DNA of 64,000 nucleotides from Octopus bimaculoides (taxonomy: Eukaryota), in contig NC_068993.1 of assembly GCF_001194135.2 (NCBI RefSeq), positions 41,245,926 through 41,309,925 of the forward strand, written 5' to 3'. The position numbers and the translations under genes are program-made. The notes beneath the pieces were generated by a model. It ran no database searches and was not told where the DNA came from. It was given only the letters and a program-made list of their open reading frames with translations. Below, piece by piece: positions 1-13,730 of the stretch (position 1 is the stretch's first letter; each line of letters opens with the position of its first letter).

Positions 1-574
1 TTTATATATATACATATACATAGATACGCACGCACACACACACGCGCACAGAAGGGAGATCTTCTAGGAGAAGATATACTTCCAGTCATCTTGCAGTGCT
101 TGACACCGGAACCTACTATGGCGACCGTGTGGGGAGCAAAAGTGTTGTACAAGCTTTTGTCCCTTTAATCCAGTAGCGTACAGCTGTCTGACTTTGCCAT
201 TTCATTTCTTGATCCATTTTGTATTTTATAAGCCCTATGGCAGTGGATGCGTGGCGAAATGTGCAGCATAACCGTTCAAATGATAGGAGGAAAGTAAATC
301 ATAGCAGTCAAACTGAATGTAAAACGGCTATCATTTGACAAGATTAGGCGATCATCATTTATCGATGCATGCTTTCATATATACCAATATTGAGTTGTGT
401 ATTAATAAAACACCTTTAATTATTTTTTTTCTTTGTTAAAATTCAGGCGACGAGGATTAACTCTGGATTCCCCACCGTATAGTTCGTGAATTTAGAGGGT
501 TTAAATTTGCGATACTGTCTTTTTGTTTCCCATCATAGATGGGCAGATTCCTAAAGATACCGCTCGAGCATGGA

Positions 575-743
575 AACAAGGCACAAGGCCACACTTTAGA
601 TCGCGTAGGTCTAGTTTTACCCACTCCGATGTTTACACACGGCCAATTATACGTCGCTAGCTATGAGTAGAGCAACGGACTCTAGTATCTTGAAAATTAG
701 TGTCGACCAAAGAGAAAATATCGTCTACAAAGAAGTTTTGTAA
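575..743 (+). mobile_element. Helitron Rep/PIF1-helicase extreme C-terminus, frameshifted fragment
   Basis: Manual translation gives NKAQGHTLDRVGLVLPTPMFTHGQLYVA, then after a 4-bp shift MSRATDSSILKISVDQRENIVYKEVL* (TAA 741-743). This matches the Helitron ending NKSQGQT..VGL.LP.PVF.HGQLYVA.SR...NIVYKEVL. Confidence 0.85.
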
Positions 744-1940
744 TCAAATTGATATTATCGAAAGGAATATGATTCATAATTTAAATAAGGAAATTTATGA
801 ACTTTGAATGTATAAGAGCATAAACAAGCGTAAAATAATGTAAACAACTAAAATAAAAGTATATCTAAATAACATTTTTTCTTAATACTTTTTGTGTAGT
901 GGTCAAAGGAAGCTCTAGCTTTTGTTAGGAGTGGTCCATATAACCATTCATGATACATAGGCTGGGAGCCTATTTCAGTTCGGGAGTGAATCGTCATCAC
1001 ATGTCATTTAAGCGCAAACACATGCCATATAGCTGCTATAGAATGCTGTATCACCAAAAATAAAGTAATTTCTCTAAGACATCACTCTAAGACATCAAGC
1101 CCATTTACACATTTCTCAATACATACTGCTGTTATGACTACGCTCCATCATTTTATGCCTCAATCGTAGATGGATAGATTAACCAATATAGGTAATAAAA
1201 ACAAATCTAAATGTTGATGTTTTGAAATTTGAAATGTATTTAAAACATATGTCCCAAGTAATTATGTAAGAAAGTTGTTGCATAATTATTCGAAACAAGC
1301 GTATAAAATAAGACGCCGCATACATATAATATATATAGCACGAAACATAAATTTCAGAAGACATAAATGTTCACTGAAAATGTCCATATAAATTATGAAT
1401 GATTTGTAGTCTGTAAAGAGAAATAAGAAATGAAAATGGTAAGCTTCTAGCACCCTATAGAAAAGAATTCTGCATTGTCTTAATCAAGTCTTGCGGCGCT
1501 GAAAGTTCTCTTTAAAGAAATGTATAAGGCTATCCGTCACAGGGGATTAGATATGAAACTTTCAGAAACAGATCAACGAATAGAAAAGCCGATACATTTT
1601 ATATTCAGTTAGATGAAGCCATCTTGCAGGAAATAGTTAATATAAAATAGTCGACATAGAATTAACCTTCTAGGATCACACACATATACGCAAATTTATA
1701 ACCACCCCACACACACACACACCATTACACACACAGATATATATATANNNNNNNNNNNNNNNNNNNNNNNNNNNNNNNNNNNNNNNNNNNNNNNNNNNNN
1801 NNNNNNNNNNNNNNNNNNNNNNNNNNNNNNNNNNNNNNNNNNNNNNNNNNNNNNNNNNNNNNNNNNNNNNNNNNNNNNNNNNNNNNNNNNNNNNNNNNNN
1901 NNNNNNNNNNNNNNNNNNNNNNNNNNNNNNNATATATATA

Positions 1941-2844
1941 CAGGGTGGTTAAAAAGTAACTCCCTATTTTAAAATACTTATAATTACTTTATTAACTATA
2001 ATTGTTAGAAAAAAAAGGAATATGTGAAGAAAGCGTATAGCATGGAATTTTATCTAAAATACGATATAGGCACCAGCATTCACCACCAGCTTCTGAAGCC
2101 GACCGGGAACTGCATCAACTGATTTCATCAGGAACTCTTGTGGGAGGGAAGACATAACTTTTCGTATTCGCCAGTCAAGTTCGTCCAAGTCGTTGGTTTG
2201 GTAGAGTAGACTTGCTCCTTTAATCAACCCTAAAGAAAAAATGCGCAGGGTGCTAAATCAGGTTTTCTAGCCGGTTAGTCATACGGTCCTCGACGACCCA
2301 TCCATCTCCCAGAGCAATAGGCACTTAGCCATTCACGAACAACAATAACAAAATATGTAAGAGCGCCATCTTGCTTAGAAATCAAAATCTTCAATATTCT
2401 CCCAAGTACTGATAACTGGCCAGATCTTATCTTGCGACATGGTGAGGTACCTTTCAGCATTCATGGTATTGCAACCGATGAAAGGACCCACGATCCTGTC
2501 CGAAGTCATTCCACACTATACAGTTACCTTGGGCCAATTTTGCATTTTTTCAGAGGTAATACGAAGATCTTCTCCGGCCCAGTAGTGGCAATTGTGATAG
2601 TTCACAAAACCCACCGATGTGGAATACTGTTTCATTACTCCAGAGGATATTTTCTAAGAGATCAGACTATGTTTGTAGTGCATCTAAATTTCAAATAAAA
2701 TAATCGATCTGAAAAAAACAAAAACAACGTAGAATCAATACCTATACATTAAAGAACATTCACAACAAATTTGAGGGAAAAAATTATAGCTAATAAATAA
2801 ATTATAAGTATCTTAAAATAGGGAGTTACATTTCAATCACACAC
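1941..2844 (-). mobile_element. Tc1/mariner DD41D (rosa/Visitor-type) element, internally deleted and pseudogenised
   Basis: Left TIR TA|CAGGGTGGTTAAAAAGTAACTCCCTATTTTAAAATACTTATAATT at 1941, with an imperfect inverse ending about 2844 before TA. Minus-strand remnants read NYHNCHYWAGED, PKVTV*CG, IVGPF, QDGA..VREWL..GRWMGRRGP and *PARKPDLAPCAFFL*G. There are 41 residues between the second D and the third-D position. Confidence 0.85.
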
Positions 2845-2883
2845 TATATGTATATATATATATATATATATATGCATACAATA

Positions 2884-3245
2884 CAGAATGGGACAGGAAC
2901 ACAAAACATCCAGACAGTTAGGTGATACAAGAAAGGGACAAAACATCCAGATAGACGATACAAAGAAAACACGGACAGGTCATTCGGAGTTTTCTTTCTT
3001 CAGTCGAGATCCACATTATCTTTGCAATTTCGGCTGGTTATTCTCAATATTGCTCCAATCTGGCCAGCCCCAAGGAAAGACTAAGCTAAGAGCATTAGAT
3101 TCTTTGGAAGAAAGCAGCGAATGTATACAAAAACAAACACGGAAAAAACGAACAATGTTACACAAATACAATAGGAATAATAAGGGGACATAACAACAGA
3201 TGTCTTTCGACTAAGGACGAGTTAAATTAAGCTGGCGTATATGGA
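2884..3245 (-). mobile_element. Interspersed repeat, possibly a Penelope-like terminal (pLTR) relic
   Basis: Non-coding block between (AT)n tracts. The minus strand carries CTGAAGA..CCGAA..GTC, a decayed hammerhead-like core. The class assignment is inference. Confidence 0.3.
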
Positions 3246-3522
3246 AATATATATATNNNNNNNNNNNNNNNNNNNNNNNNNNNNNNNNNNNNNNNNNNNN
3301 NNNNNNNNNNNNNNNNNNNNNNNNNNNNNNNNNNNNNNNNNNNNNNNNNNNNNNNNNNNNNNNNNNNNNNNNNNNNNNNNNNNNNNNNNNNNNNNNNNNN
3401 NNNNNNNNNNNNNNNNNNNNNNNNNNNNNNNNNNNNNNNNNNNNNNNNNNNNNNNNNNNNNNNNNNNNNNNNNNNNNNNNNNNNNNNNNNNNNNNNNNNN
3501 NNNNNNNNNNNNNNNNNNTATA

Positions 3523-3829
<307 letters not shown>

Positions 3830-4408
3830 CATATGTATGTATGCATAGATTTGTACGAATGTGAGTGTGTGTCTGTTTATACATACGTATACATGAAAAC
3901 TTAAATAAGTTTTGGGACACGCATCAGGATACTTTCGACGAATCATATAATTATACAGCAAAGAAAGTAAATATTTCTATTTCTCTATGTTAAACCAACA
4001 GCTAAATGACTCTATTATACATTTACAAAACACACTTAAACTTCACAAACTTGTCTTGAGATTGATGATTCACTGTTTCTGTCTAGAAAAGGCCAATTTT
4101 TTTCAAGTTTTTTCTCACAATTTTGCATTGAGTTAAGACTGTGTTTTTTTGTTTCATTTTTTAAAAATGTTTTATGTCTTTTAAAAAAATTATTTGTTTA
4201 GTGTTTGTATTCCGTGTACTGATACCCTCTTTACAGTTATAATCAAGGAGAGTTGTAGTTATAATAACGACACAAATATGTTAAGCTTTCGTGTTTGCTT
4301 GTCGCTTATGATGGTTTTTATAGCGTAGAATTCACCTTTAACGGGAAAGATAAGTACTACTTGTCTACCATTGAACCTGACCTGAAAACACAATATTCTT
4401 ATCCTCTT

Positions 4409-4573
<165 letters not shown>

Positions 4574-5002
4574 TTCACACCAACATGGAAATACACATAC
4601 ATATACACGCACACATACACAGGCAAACACAAGTATATATACAGTTGTGTATATATAAATATACAATATGTACATGTAGGAAATTTTAAAAGGAAAATAA
4701 TTTAGAATATAATATATGCAGGTGACACGTAACATTTTATTTATTTAGTCATTTATTTATTTATTTATTTATTTATTTTATTTATTGCTAAATTTGCTTC
4801 CTACAGAGTAAGATGGTCGGTCAAATAAGCAATACGCACACAGAGGCGTCATTTCTCAAGCGCATACAGAGATACACATGTGTGTATCAACGTATATGTG
4901 CATACCTATGTATGCATATACGTACACACGTACACACACACACACACACACTCATATATGTACGTATATATGTATGTACAAATAAATCTACATATACGTG
5001 TA

Positions 5003-5044
<42 letters not shown>

Positions 5045-5052
5045 CATATATA

Positions 5053-5217
5053 CGACGGGCTTCTTTCAGTTTCCGTCTACCAAATCCACTCACAAGGCTT
5101 TGGTCGGCCCGAGGCTATAGTAGAAGACAATTGCCCAAGATGCCACGCAGTGGGAATGAACTCGGAACCATGTGGTTGGTAAGCAAGCTACTTACCACAC
5201 AGCCACTCCTGCGCCTA
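5053..5217 (-). mobile_element. tRNA-derived SINE family A, 5' module only
   Basis: The reverse complement reads AGGAGTGGCTGTGTGG (A box)...GAGTTCATTCCC (B box-like)...TTGGGCAA...GACGGAAACTGAAAGAAGCCCGTCG. It is near-identical to 26534-26698. Confidence 0.9.
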
Positions 5218-5220
5218 TGT

Positions 5221-5259
<39 letters not shown>

Positions 5260-5292
5260 ATATCTATGCATGTATAAGTATAAATATAGGTG

Positions 5293-5327
<35 letters not shown>

Positions 5328-7826
5328 CTGTATGTATATATATACATATATATGTATCTACACACACACACACACGTATATACATATATATATGTATGCA
5401 TATATATTTTTCTTTTGAAGCAGACACACACGCAGTTACACGCTCTAGTTAATAACACCTTACTGTCTTCCTGTATTATAGAATTCGATAGAAAAACGTA
5501 ATAAACAATCGCCTCAAAAAAGAATAAATAAATAAATAAAAAATAAAAGATTAACCATGAAAGTTTTGTTAATAGTAAAGTATAAACTAAAAATCAATAC
5601 ACAAGTACAGCATAAATGAAATAAGCTGAGACAGTAACTAGGATTTCATCTTTAAGCAACTTTAATTTTCCAACGATAATTTTACCAGTTACGACACCAT
5701 TCTTATGATCTGCTCCCTACTAGAAAATGCGACAATGCACCGCTATTATCCCTTCGTTCACAAGATGGTGTGGCCTTGAAACTGAATGGGCTTACATATA
5801 TACATACGTATACTCACACACACCATTCTCAAATACACACACGCGCTTGCGCAACTTCGTTCAGCCGGATCACCGTTATTATCTCCCTTTCATTCGGCCT
5901 GTTTCTTCTGGCCATTTCATCATGTTGAATCGTTAATCCTTACACATTTTTTCTCTCTATTCTTTTTCTTTTGCCCTCAAACCTTTCTGAGCATTAAACT
6001 AATACACCTGCTTGTTGTTCCTACACCAGTCATCGTCTTTTGTTTTCTGTAAATTTGAACTATATCTATCTATATATATACGTGCCTTGACGTACCTAGT
6101 AATTCCCGGAAAAGCGGGGTTTATCCCTTGATTCCGTTCTCATAATTGTTTCGCTAACCCAGTAACAACAATACAAAGTATGTAGCCCTTAAAACCGTTT
6201 TTGTGCATTTATTGAGAATACCGAACTGTCTTACACAGGATCTTGTTTTTAGGAATTCCCAATAATTTATGAATAGCCAAATTGTGAAGTCATTTATGTA
6301 ATAACATGAAATTAATTATCCGATAGTAAGAATTCAAATAAAGTAGCCCCGGAAACGGGTTTTAATGCGTTCCCAGCGTATATAGAACTTAGGAGGAAAT
6401 ACAAATAAGGTATGTATACTAAAATCGTGAAGCATGTTACGTAATAACAGGCTAATCAGCTATGAGGTAATAACAAGTCAAAGTAAATAACTTTGAAAAG
6501 AGCTTTTTGGTGTTCACAAAGAATATTACCCTCAGCGGCACTAGTGTTGGTATATGCGGCTTTGCTATTTTCATCATAAACTCCACTAACACCCAGAATC
6601 CTATTTCACGGGATAACAGCTGTTCGGCGTGCTTCTGTATAGCAGCAATTTTGGGATTGGTTTTATCGTTCTGTGCGTATGTCAAACGGCATCAGTTGAT
6701 GGCACTGCCATACTACTAGAGTCTATTCCGAACCAACAATACCCTAGTTTTACTGCTCGACTAGGTATTTTTACAATTTGTCTATAATCCCAGTGCTGAA
6801 AATTCTCAGTGAGACACCGTTCGGTTGATTTTCATTGACGTCTAGATTTTTCCTGAATATATTGTCGATTTCTTTTTTTTGTTCCCTATTCCGTCTTCTT
6901 CACCTTAGGTGTCTAAATATGATTAAGGTATATTTCTTACGTACTGATAAATCTTCATAACTTGTATCAACAATAAATTATATAACCATCCAGGAAACCA
7001 GAGATTTATTATTGTTCCTGCTTAAACTGCACCTTTTATGCGCACAAACGAACGACAAAAACAACGGGAGTATGGGTGTTTCATACGTGTGACCAGATAA
7101 GTGAACTTACTTTCAGCTATGCCTATAGGCTGGATACCACATCTGCGGGAAGGCATTTGTCTGGCGCTTAGAGTCGATATTTTAACCTCTCACTGCTCTG
7201 AGTTTTACTATTATGCTTTTTAAAAACACAATCGGCTTTTGAATTTTTATGTTTTAAACAACAGAGATCATAATCTGCAATAATTAGTAAAGAAAACAAA
7301 AACAAAAAACAAAATAAAACAAAAGAAAGAAAAACAGATTGATTAAAGTTAGGAGATTTCAAAACTGCCTTGTATATTTTCCATATGTGTGCATTTACGA
7401 ATATAAGATGTACTTTTTGTATATAGATATATTTCTTTGCATTTGAGATGTACAGATATATGTTTTGATTGCATTCGGAAATTACATTTCAATCCTGAAT
7501 AAATTGAAACGACAGCCTTTTAAGTTTTCAGAAAGTGAAAGATTACAATACTAAAGCTTTCATTAATGAATTACACATTACATCCATTATTTCGAAAACT
7601 AATACGGCCATTACATTACAAAATTGTCGTGTTCTTCATCTCCTTGTAATTAATATATAAATACATCGATAAAGTACTAGATTGAGATTCGTTAATAATG
7701 TTTATTTTTAGATGAAAAGCGTTTCAGTTCCAAAATAAAAAGAAAAGAGAAAAAAAATGAATTTATTTATTTATTTATTTATTTCAGGATTCCGAATCTG
7801 ATATTCGAAATACAAAATCTCAAAAG

Positions 7827-8464
7827 TATTTGTTTGGAAAGAAAGTCTTGTCGCAGTTATGACATGATCACTTGAAGGGCACGTTTTCAATACTTAAGGC
7901 AAAATTAGAATTAATTTTTACATTCTAATGTTATTTCTCTCCTTACCATAGTGGTTAAATATGTATTAATATTTACTCTTTTAAAATGAGTTTAGGTCTG
8001 ACCCATATCAGAAACTGCATGCTGCATGAATTCAAAAGGAGCTCTTTAGCAATGGAAGCGGCAAGAAATATTTCTACATCGTTGGTCAATCTTGAAAGGG
8101 TGTTGCTCTTACACGATAATGCAAGACTACATATCGTTCAACTCACTTAGGAAAAGATTATGGTACTAAATACAAAGACTTACGTCACCCTCTTCACTCT
8201 CCTGACCTCATTCCATCTCACTGTCAGATCATTGCAAACATTGTTTATGAATAGTTTCTTCAATGTGAAGAGGTTAAAAACCACAGCGAGTGTTTCTTTG
8301 CTTTGAAACCTAAAGAATTTTCCGCTCGAGGGATCAACAATTTGCCAATGCAATTATTTTATGAATAGAAAAGGAAAATGTCTTGATTAAATTAATCAGT
8401 TTAGACTAACGAATCATTCTTCTCTTTCCCATCTTCGAACGCAACAGGACTTCCCAGCAAAATA
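7827..8464 (+). mobile_element. mariner element with a large internal deletion (pseudogene)
   Basis: From ATG 7986: MSLGLTHIRNCMLHEF..EAARNI, fused to LVN..VLLLHDNARLH, then a frameshifted HPLHSPDLIPS. Degenerate inverted ends lie near 7827-7855 and 8441-8464. Confidence 0.75.
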
Positions 8465-8491
8465 GTTTTCTTATTAACAGTATAATGAGTT

Positions 8492-8648
8492 TCTAATACA
8501 AGCACAAGGACTGTGGATTGGAGGACTGAGGTTTAGTTGATACCACTACCCCACTGCAAGACCGATATTTTAGTATGAAAGGCAAAGCTGACCTCAGCAG
8601 TATTTGAAATCAGAACGCAGAAAGTCACAACTAAATACTTCAACGCCC
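8492..8648 (-). mobile_element. SINE family B, degenerate
   Basis: Contains ATGAAAGGCAAAGCTGACCTCAGCAGTATTTGAAATCAGAACG, the reverse complement of the family B core. Confidence 0.6.
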
Positions 8649-8943
8649 ACTGCCCTTTTATACAGTATAATAAAATACTTAGAGAAATATGGGTAAAAAT
8701 AAACACTTGAAGAAGCGCTACTGGCCTATGATTACGCAGATTACTCCAGGATCTGTGAGGTTCCTTGTTTTGAGCAAGATAGCGCCCTTACTGAGATATT
8801 TCATATCATATTTATTTTTGGTAGCAATAATGTACCCACTCCTCAATATATTCTAGCAAATTCGAGCGTGAATATTTTCACCGATTTGTCTTCATAACAC
8901 GCGATTCATCGGTGTAAAGTTCACTGGTGTATATTTTCCCTTT

Positions 8944-9330
8944 GTGGAGGAACAATGGCCCAGTAGTTAAGGCAGCGGACTCTCGGTCATAGGATCGCGG
9001 TTTCGATTCCCAGACCGGGCGTTGTGAGTGTTTATTGAGCAAAAACACCTAAAGCTCCACGAGGCTCCGGCAGGGTATGGTGGCGAACCCTGCTGTACTC
9101 TTCCACCACAACTTTCTCTCGCTCTCTCTTCCTGTTTCTGTTGTGCCTGTATTTCAAAGGGCCAGCCTTGTTACACTGTGTCACGCTGAATATCCCCAAG
9201 AATTACGTTAAGGGTACACGTGTCTGTGGAGTGCTCAGTCACTTGCACGTTAATTTCACGAGCAGGCTGTTCCGTTGATTAGATCAACTGAAACCCTCGA
9301 CGTCGTAAGCGACGGAGTGCCAACAACAAC
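8944..9330 (+). mobile_element. Full-length tRNA-derived SINE family C with (CAA)n tail and 11-bp TSD
   Basis: A box TGGCCCAGTAG, B box GTTTCGATTCC, tail ...GACGGAGTGCCAACAACAAC. The direct repeat ATTTTCCCTTT lies at 8933-8943 and 9331-9341. Confidence 0.92.
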
Positions 9331-9565
9331 ATTTTCCCTTTAATTTACCCTTATCCGTCACCCTTGCGGCAAAGTAAACAAAAGATTATTCATATTTCGT
9401 TATTTCTCCTAACGTTCCCGTGTTCAGATCCCTTGTGTTCAACTTCTAGGGTCGATAAAATAAAAGTAGCAGTCATATAACGGAATAATTCTAATCAAAT
9501 GTACTCTTCCTGCGAATTTCTGAGCAAGTGCTAACTTTAGAAACTTTAATTATTACTATCACCAT

Positions 9566-9745
9566 AAAGCGAACTTTTGGAATCGTTAGCACGCCGGGCA
9601 AGATGTCTAGCAGCATTTCATGCATCTATATTCTTTGTTCAAGTTCAGGGTCCATGAAATAAGTACTGGTCGAGCAATGGGGCCAATGTAATTGACTTGC
9701 CACTCCCCTAAAATTTCAGGTCTTTTGTCTATAGTAGAAATAATC
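9566..9745 (+). mobile_element. SINE family B, degenerate
   Basis: Has the GAATCGTTAGCACGCCGGGCAA head and the AATAAGTAC..GATGTAATTGAC-like core shared with 18210 and 48020. Confidence 0.65.
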
Positions 9746-9748
9746 ATT

Positions 9749-9930
9749 GAGGCAGTAAGCTGGCAGAGTCAAACAAAATGCATAGCGAGACTTCTGGTTC
9801 TTTAGATTCAGGGTTCAAATCCCGTCGAGGTCGATGAAATAAAGTACCAGGCAAGTACTGGCGCCGATGTAATCGAATACATCTTTTCCCACTAAAACTT
9901 TTCTGGCCTTGTGCCCAAAAACAAGAATTA
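9749..9930 (+). mobile_element. SINE family B, degenerate, tandem to the previous copy
   Basis: GGCAGTAAGCTGGCAGA head; GGTTCAAATCCCGTCGAGGTCGA; AAGTACCAG..GATGTAATCGA. Confidence 0.65.
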
Positions 9931-9949
9931 TTTCTATCAACCTATAAAA

Positions 9950-10135
9950 AAGCTGCTGTCATTTAGATCTACGATCAAAAGCTTTCCAAACTTGACCATC
10001 TCGTTTACTGTTCTTATACTGTGCATCTCGAACCACATTATTCCAATGTATCACTTCATGTATGAGGGTTGTAGTGTGTGATATAAGAGAAATTTAGTTG
10101 TTATTTCTAGAAATTTGAGCAACTACTTACAGGCT
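9950..10135 (+). repeat. Unclassified interspersed repeat (second copy inverted at 35345-35410)
   Basis: The core GAAATTTAGTTGTTATTTCTAG matches the reverse complement of 35358-35379 with one mismatch. Confidence 0.45.
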
Positions 10136-10855
10136 TGCTCAAACTTTTTTTGGTAAACTAAATTTGTAAATCTGACTTTTGATTGTCTCCACCTCTTGTG
10201 ATGTTAATCACTTTGCGAAAGTCATTAAAGTCGCAATCAAATCATAATTGGTATAATTCATGTTGCGTTTGTTTAAATACGAAATGTGTGTAGGTGTATG
10301 TATGTATGTATGTGTGTGTGAGAGAGAGAGGGAGAGAGAGAGAGGGGGAGAGAGACAGAGAGAGTGCGCGCGCGAGATTTGTGCTTTGATCATGCCAAGT
10401 AATGCTACAAATGTTTTTTGATGCAATACAACCGCCGTCACCACCACCACCACCNNNNNNNNNNNNNNNNNNNNNNNNNNNNNNNNNNNNNNNNNNNNNN
10501 NNNNNNNNNNNNNNNNNNNNNNNNNNNNNNNNNNNNNNNNNNNNNNNNNNNNNNNNNNNNNNNNNNNNNNNNNNNNNNNNNNNNNNNNNNNNNNNNNNNN
10601 NNNNNNNNNNNNNNNNNNNNNNNNNNNNNNNNNNNNNNNNNNNNNNNNNNNNNNNNNNNNNNNNNNNNNNNNNNNNNNNNNNNNNNNNNNNNNNNNNNNN
10701 NNNNNNNNNNNNNNNNNNNNNNTATATACAGGCACATGTATATCATATAATATATACATATACATACACTAATATTTAATATATATATATATATATATAT
10801 ATATGCGTGTGCGTGTATATATCATTATCAGCACGTAGATGCAAATTTTATACAT

Positions 10856-10939
<84 letters not shown>

Positions 10940-11425
10940 TATATATATATACACACATACATATACATACAGACACACAGATACACACGCATATATATGC
11001 ATATATATATGCATATATATGTGTGTATATATACGTCTATCTTTGAGTGTGTGCGTATACGTATACATACACACATAAAGGAGACACACAGACGCACAGA
11101 CGCATGCATAAATGTCCACATACACACGAAGACAAAGCTCTGTTTTTATTCCTTCAGAAACTGAGAAGGAAAAGATGAGAATGCGATATAAAGAGAAAAC
11201 AGCAACCGTTAGCACTTTTTTTTCCCCACTGGAATTTAAAACACAACTTCATAGATTAGCAAATTGTAAATAATTATTGAACAAAACACTCTATATAGAT
11301 ATATAGTTAACTACATGTGCGTGCGCACATATACATACAGATGCGCGCGCGTGCATAATGATGCACTCATAATTTCTTCTGAACAAGAAACACGATTTAT
11401 ATTATTATTATAATGAGAATACAGC

Positions 11426-11493
<68 letters not shown>

Positions 11494-11751
11494 NNNNNNN
11501 NNNNNNNNNNNNNNNNNNNNNNNNNNNNNNNNNNNNNNNNNNNNNNNNNNNNNNNNNNNNNNNNNNNNNNNNNNNNNNNNNNNNNNNNNNNNNNNNNNNN
11601 NNNNNNNNNNNNNNNNNNNNNNNNNNNNNNNNNNNNNNNNNNNNNNNNNNNNNNNNNNNNNNNNNNNNNNNNNNNNNNNNNNNNNNNNNNNNNNNNNNNA
11701 TATATATATATATTTATGTATATAGATGTGTGTATTTTTCCCTTGTTAACA

Positions 11752-11783
<32 letters not shown>

Positions 11784-13492
11784 CATGTATATAATAAACA
11801 CATACACATATACACGTGCACACAGACACACATATACACATGCACACAAATACATACGCATACATAGTTCCTCACGTATACACACACCTATACACACACA
11901 TCCATACACACATCGGTACACACATATACACAGCTAATTCGAAGTGAAGAGGAAGTAGACACAACATCACTCTAACTGTGAAGTTAATAAGAATCTAAAA
12001 ATAAGACAAGACCTTGTAGTGATCTTTACTATTTTCTAAGTTCTCTAGCAACAATAGTTAATTCTAAAGTCACTTCCCTGCAGCCAAATAATTTCTACCT
12101 AATCAAAATAACTGTTTTGCTAAATGTGGTTCTGTCTGATAAAAGTATGGTTTCAGACAAGCAATGGCGGACTTCGTTACTCACAGACTTTTAATAAAGG
12201 CCAAAAACCGATATATTTTATTGCAGTCTTTATAACTCGAGAACACACTGCAATAGATCTCCGACTAACATGATTTGTTTTTTCCTTTTTCTTTTCTTCT
12301 CTTTTCTTTCTTTTTCTATTATATATATAATTTTTTTTCTTTTTTCGGTTAATGCTTTTTTGTCTTTTTTTTTTCTATCACATTTCTTATTAAACAACGG
12401 CGAATCAGAATTAATTGAAATCTAGAATTGCTTATTATTGTATACATGCACACGTAAATACATACATAAATACACACTCTCGCAGGTATACTGGCATGAA
12501 CGTATATATATATATATATATATATATATNNNNNNNNNNNNNNNNNNNNNNNNNNNNNNNNNNNNNNNNNNNNNNNNNNNNNNNNNNNNNNNNNNNNNNN
12601 NNNNNNNNNNNNNNNNNNNNNNNNNNNNNNNNNNNNNNNNNNNNNNNNNNNNNNNNNNNNNNNNNNNNNNNNNNNNNNNNNNNNNNNNNNNNNNNNNNNN
12701 NNNNNNNNNNNNNNNNNNNNNNNNNNNNNNNNNNNNNNNNNNNNNNNNNNNNNNNNNNNNNNNNNNNNNNNNNNNNNNNNNNNNNNNNNNNNNNNNNNNN
12801 NNNNNNNNNNNNNNNNNNNNNNNNNNNNNNNNNNNNNNNNNNNNNNNNNNNNNNNNNNNNNNNNNNNNNNNNNNNNNNNNNNNNNNNNNNNNNNNNNNNN
12901 NNNNNNNNNNNNNNNNNNNNNNNNNNNNNNNNNNNNNNNNNNNNNNNNNNNNNNNNNNNNNNNNNNNNNNNNNNNNNNNNNNNNNNNNNNNNNNNNNNNN
13001 NNNNNNNNNNNNNNNNNNNNNNNNNNNNNNNNNNNNNNNNNNNNNNNNNNNNNNNNNNNNNNNNNNNNNNNNNNNNNNNNNNNNNNNNNNNNNNNNNNNN
13101 NNNNNNNNNNNNNNNNNNNNNNNNNNNNNNNNNNNNNNNNNNNNNNNNNNNNNNNNNNNNNNNNNNNNNNNNNNNNNNNNNNNNNNNNNNNNNNNNNNNN
13201 NNNNNNNNNNNNNNNNNNNNNNNNNNNNNNNNNNNNNNNNNNNNNNNNNNNNNNNNNNNNNNNNNNNNNNNNNNNNNNNNNNNNNNNNNNNNNNNNNNNN
13301 NNNNNNNNNNNNNNNNNNNNNNNNNNNNNNNNNNNNNNNNNNNNNNNNNNNNNNNNNNNNNNNNNNNNNNNNNNNNNNNNNNNNNNNNNNNNNNNNNNNN
13401 NNNNNNNNNNNNNNNNNNNNNNNNNNNNNNNNNNNNNNNNNNNNNNNNNNNNNNNNNNNNNNNNNNNNNNNNNNNNNNNNNNNNNNNNNNNN

Positions 13493-13545
<53 letters not shown>

Positions 13546-13681
13546 TACACACACACACTTACATAAATACGCACTGACGTACATTGAAATTATAAAAAAT
13601 ACATGCCCTCATAACTATATATGCTTGACAACACCCCACCCCGCAAACATACACATGTATGCATGCATATGTATACATACA

Positions 13682-13712
<31 letters not shown>

Positions 13713-13730
13713 GTATATATGTGTGAGTGT

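Noticed and set aside
8944-9020. tRNA-like A/B boxes here and at 21666, 34237 and 53951
   Set aside because: These are SINE heads with no closed acceptor stem, followed by SINE bodies, so not tRNA genes.
12040-12055. RFX X-box-like GTTCTCTAGCAAC
   Set aside because: A single imperfect motif with no gene start nearby.
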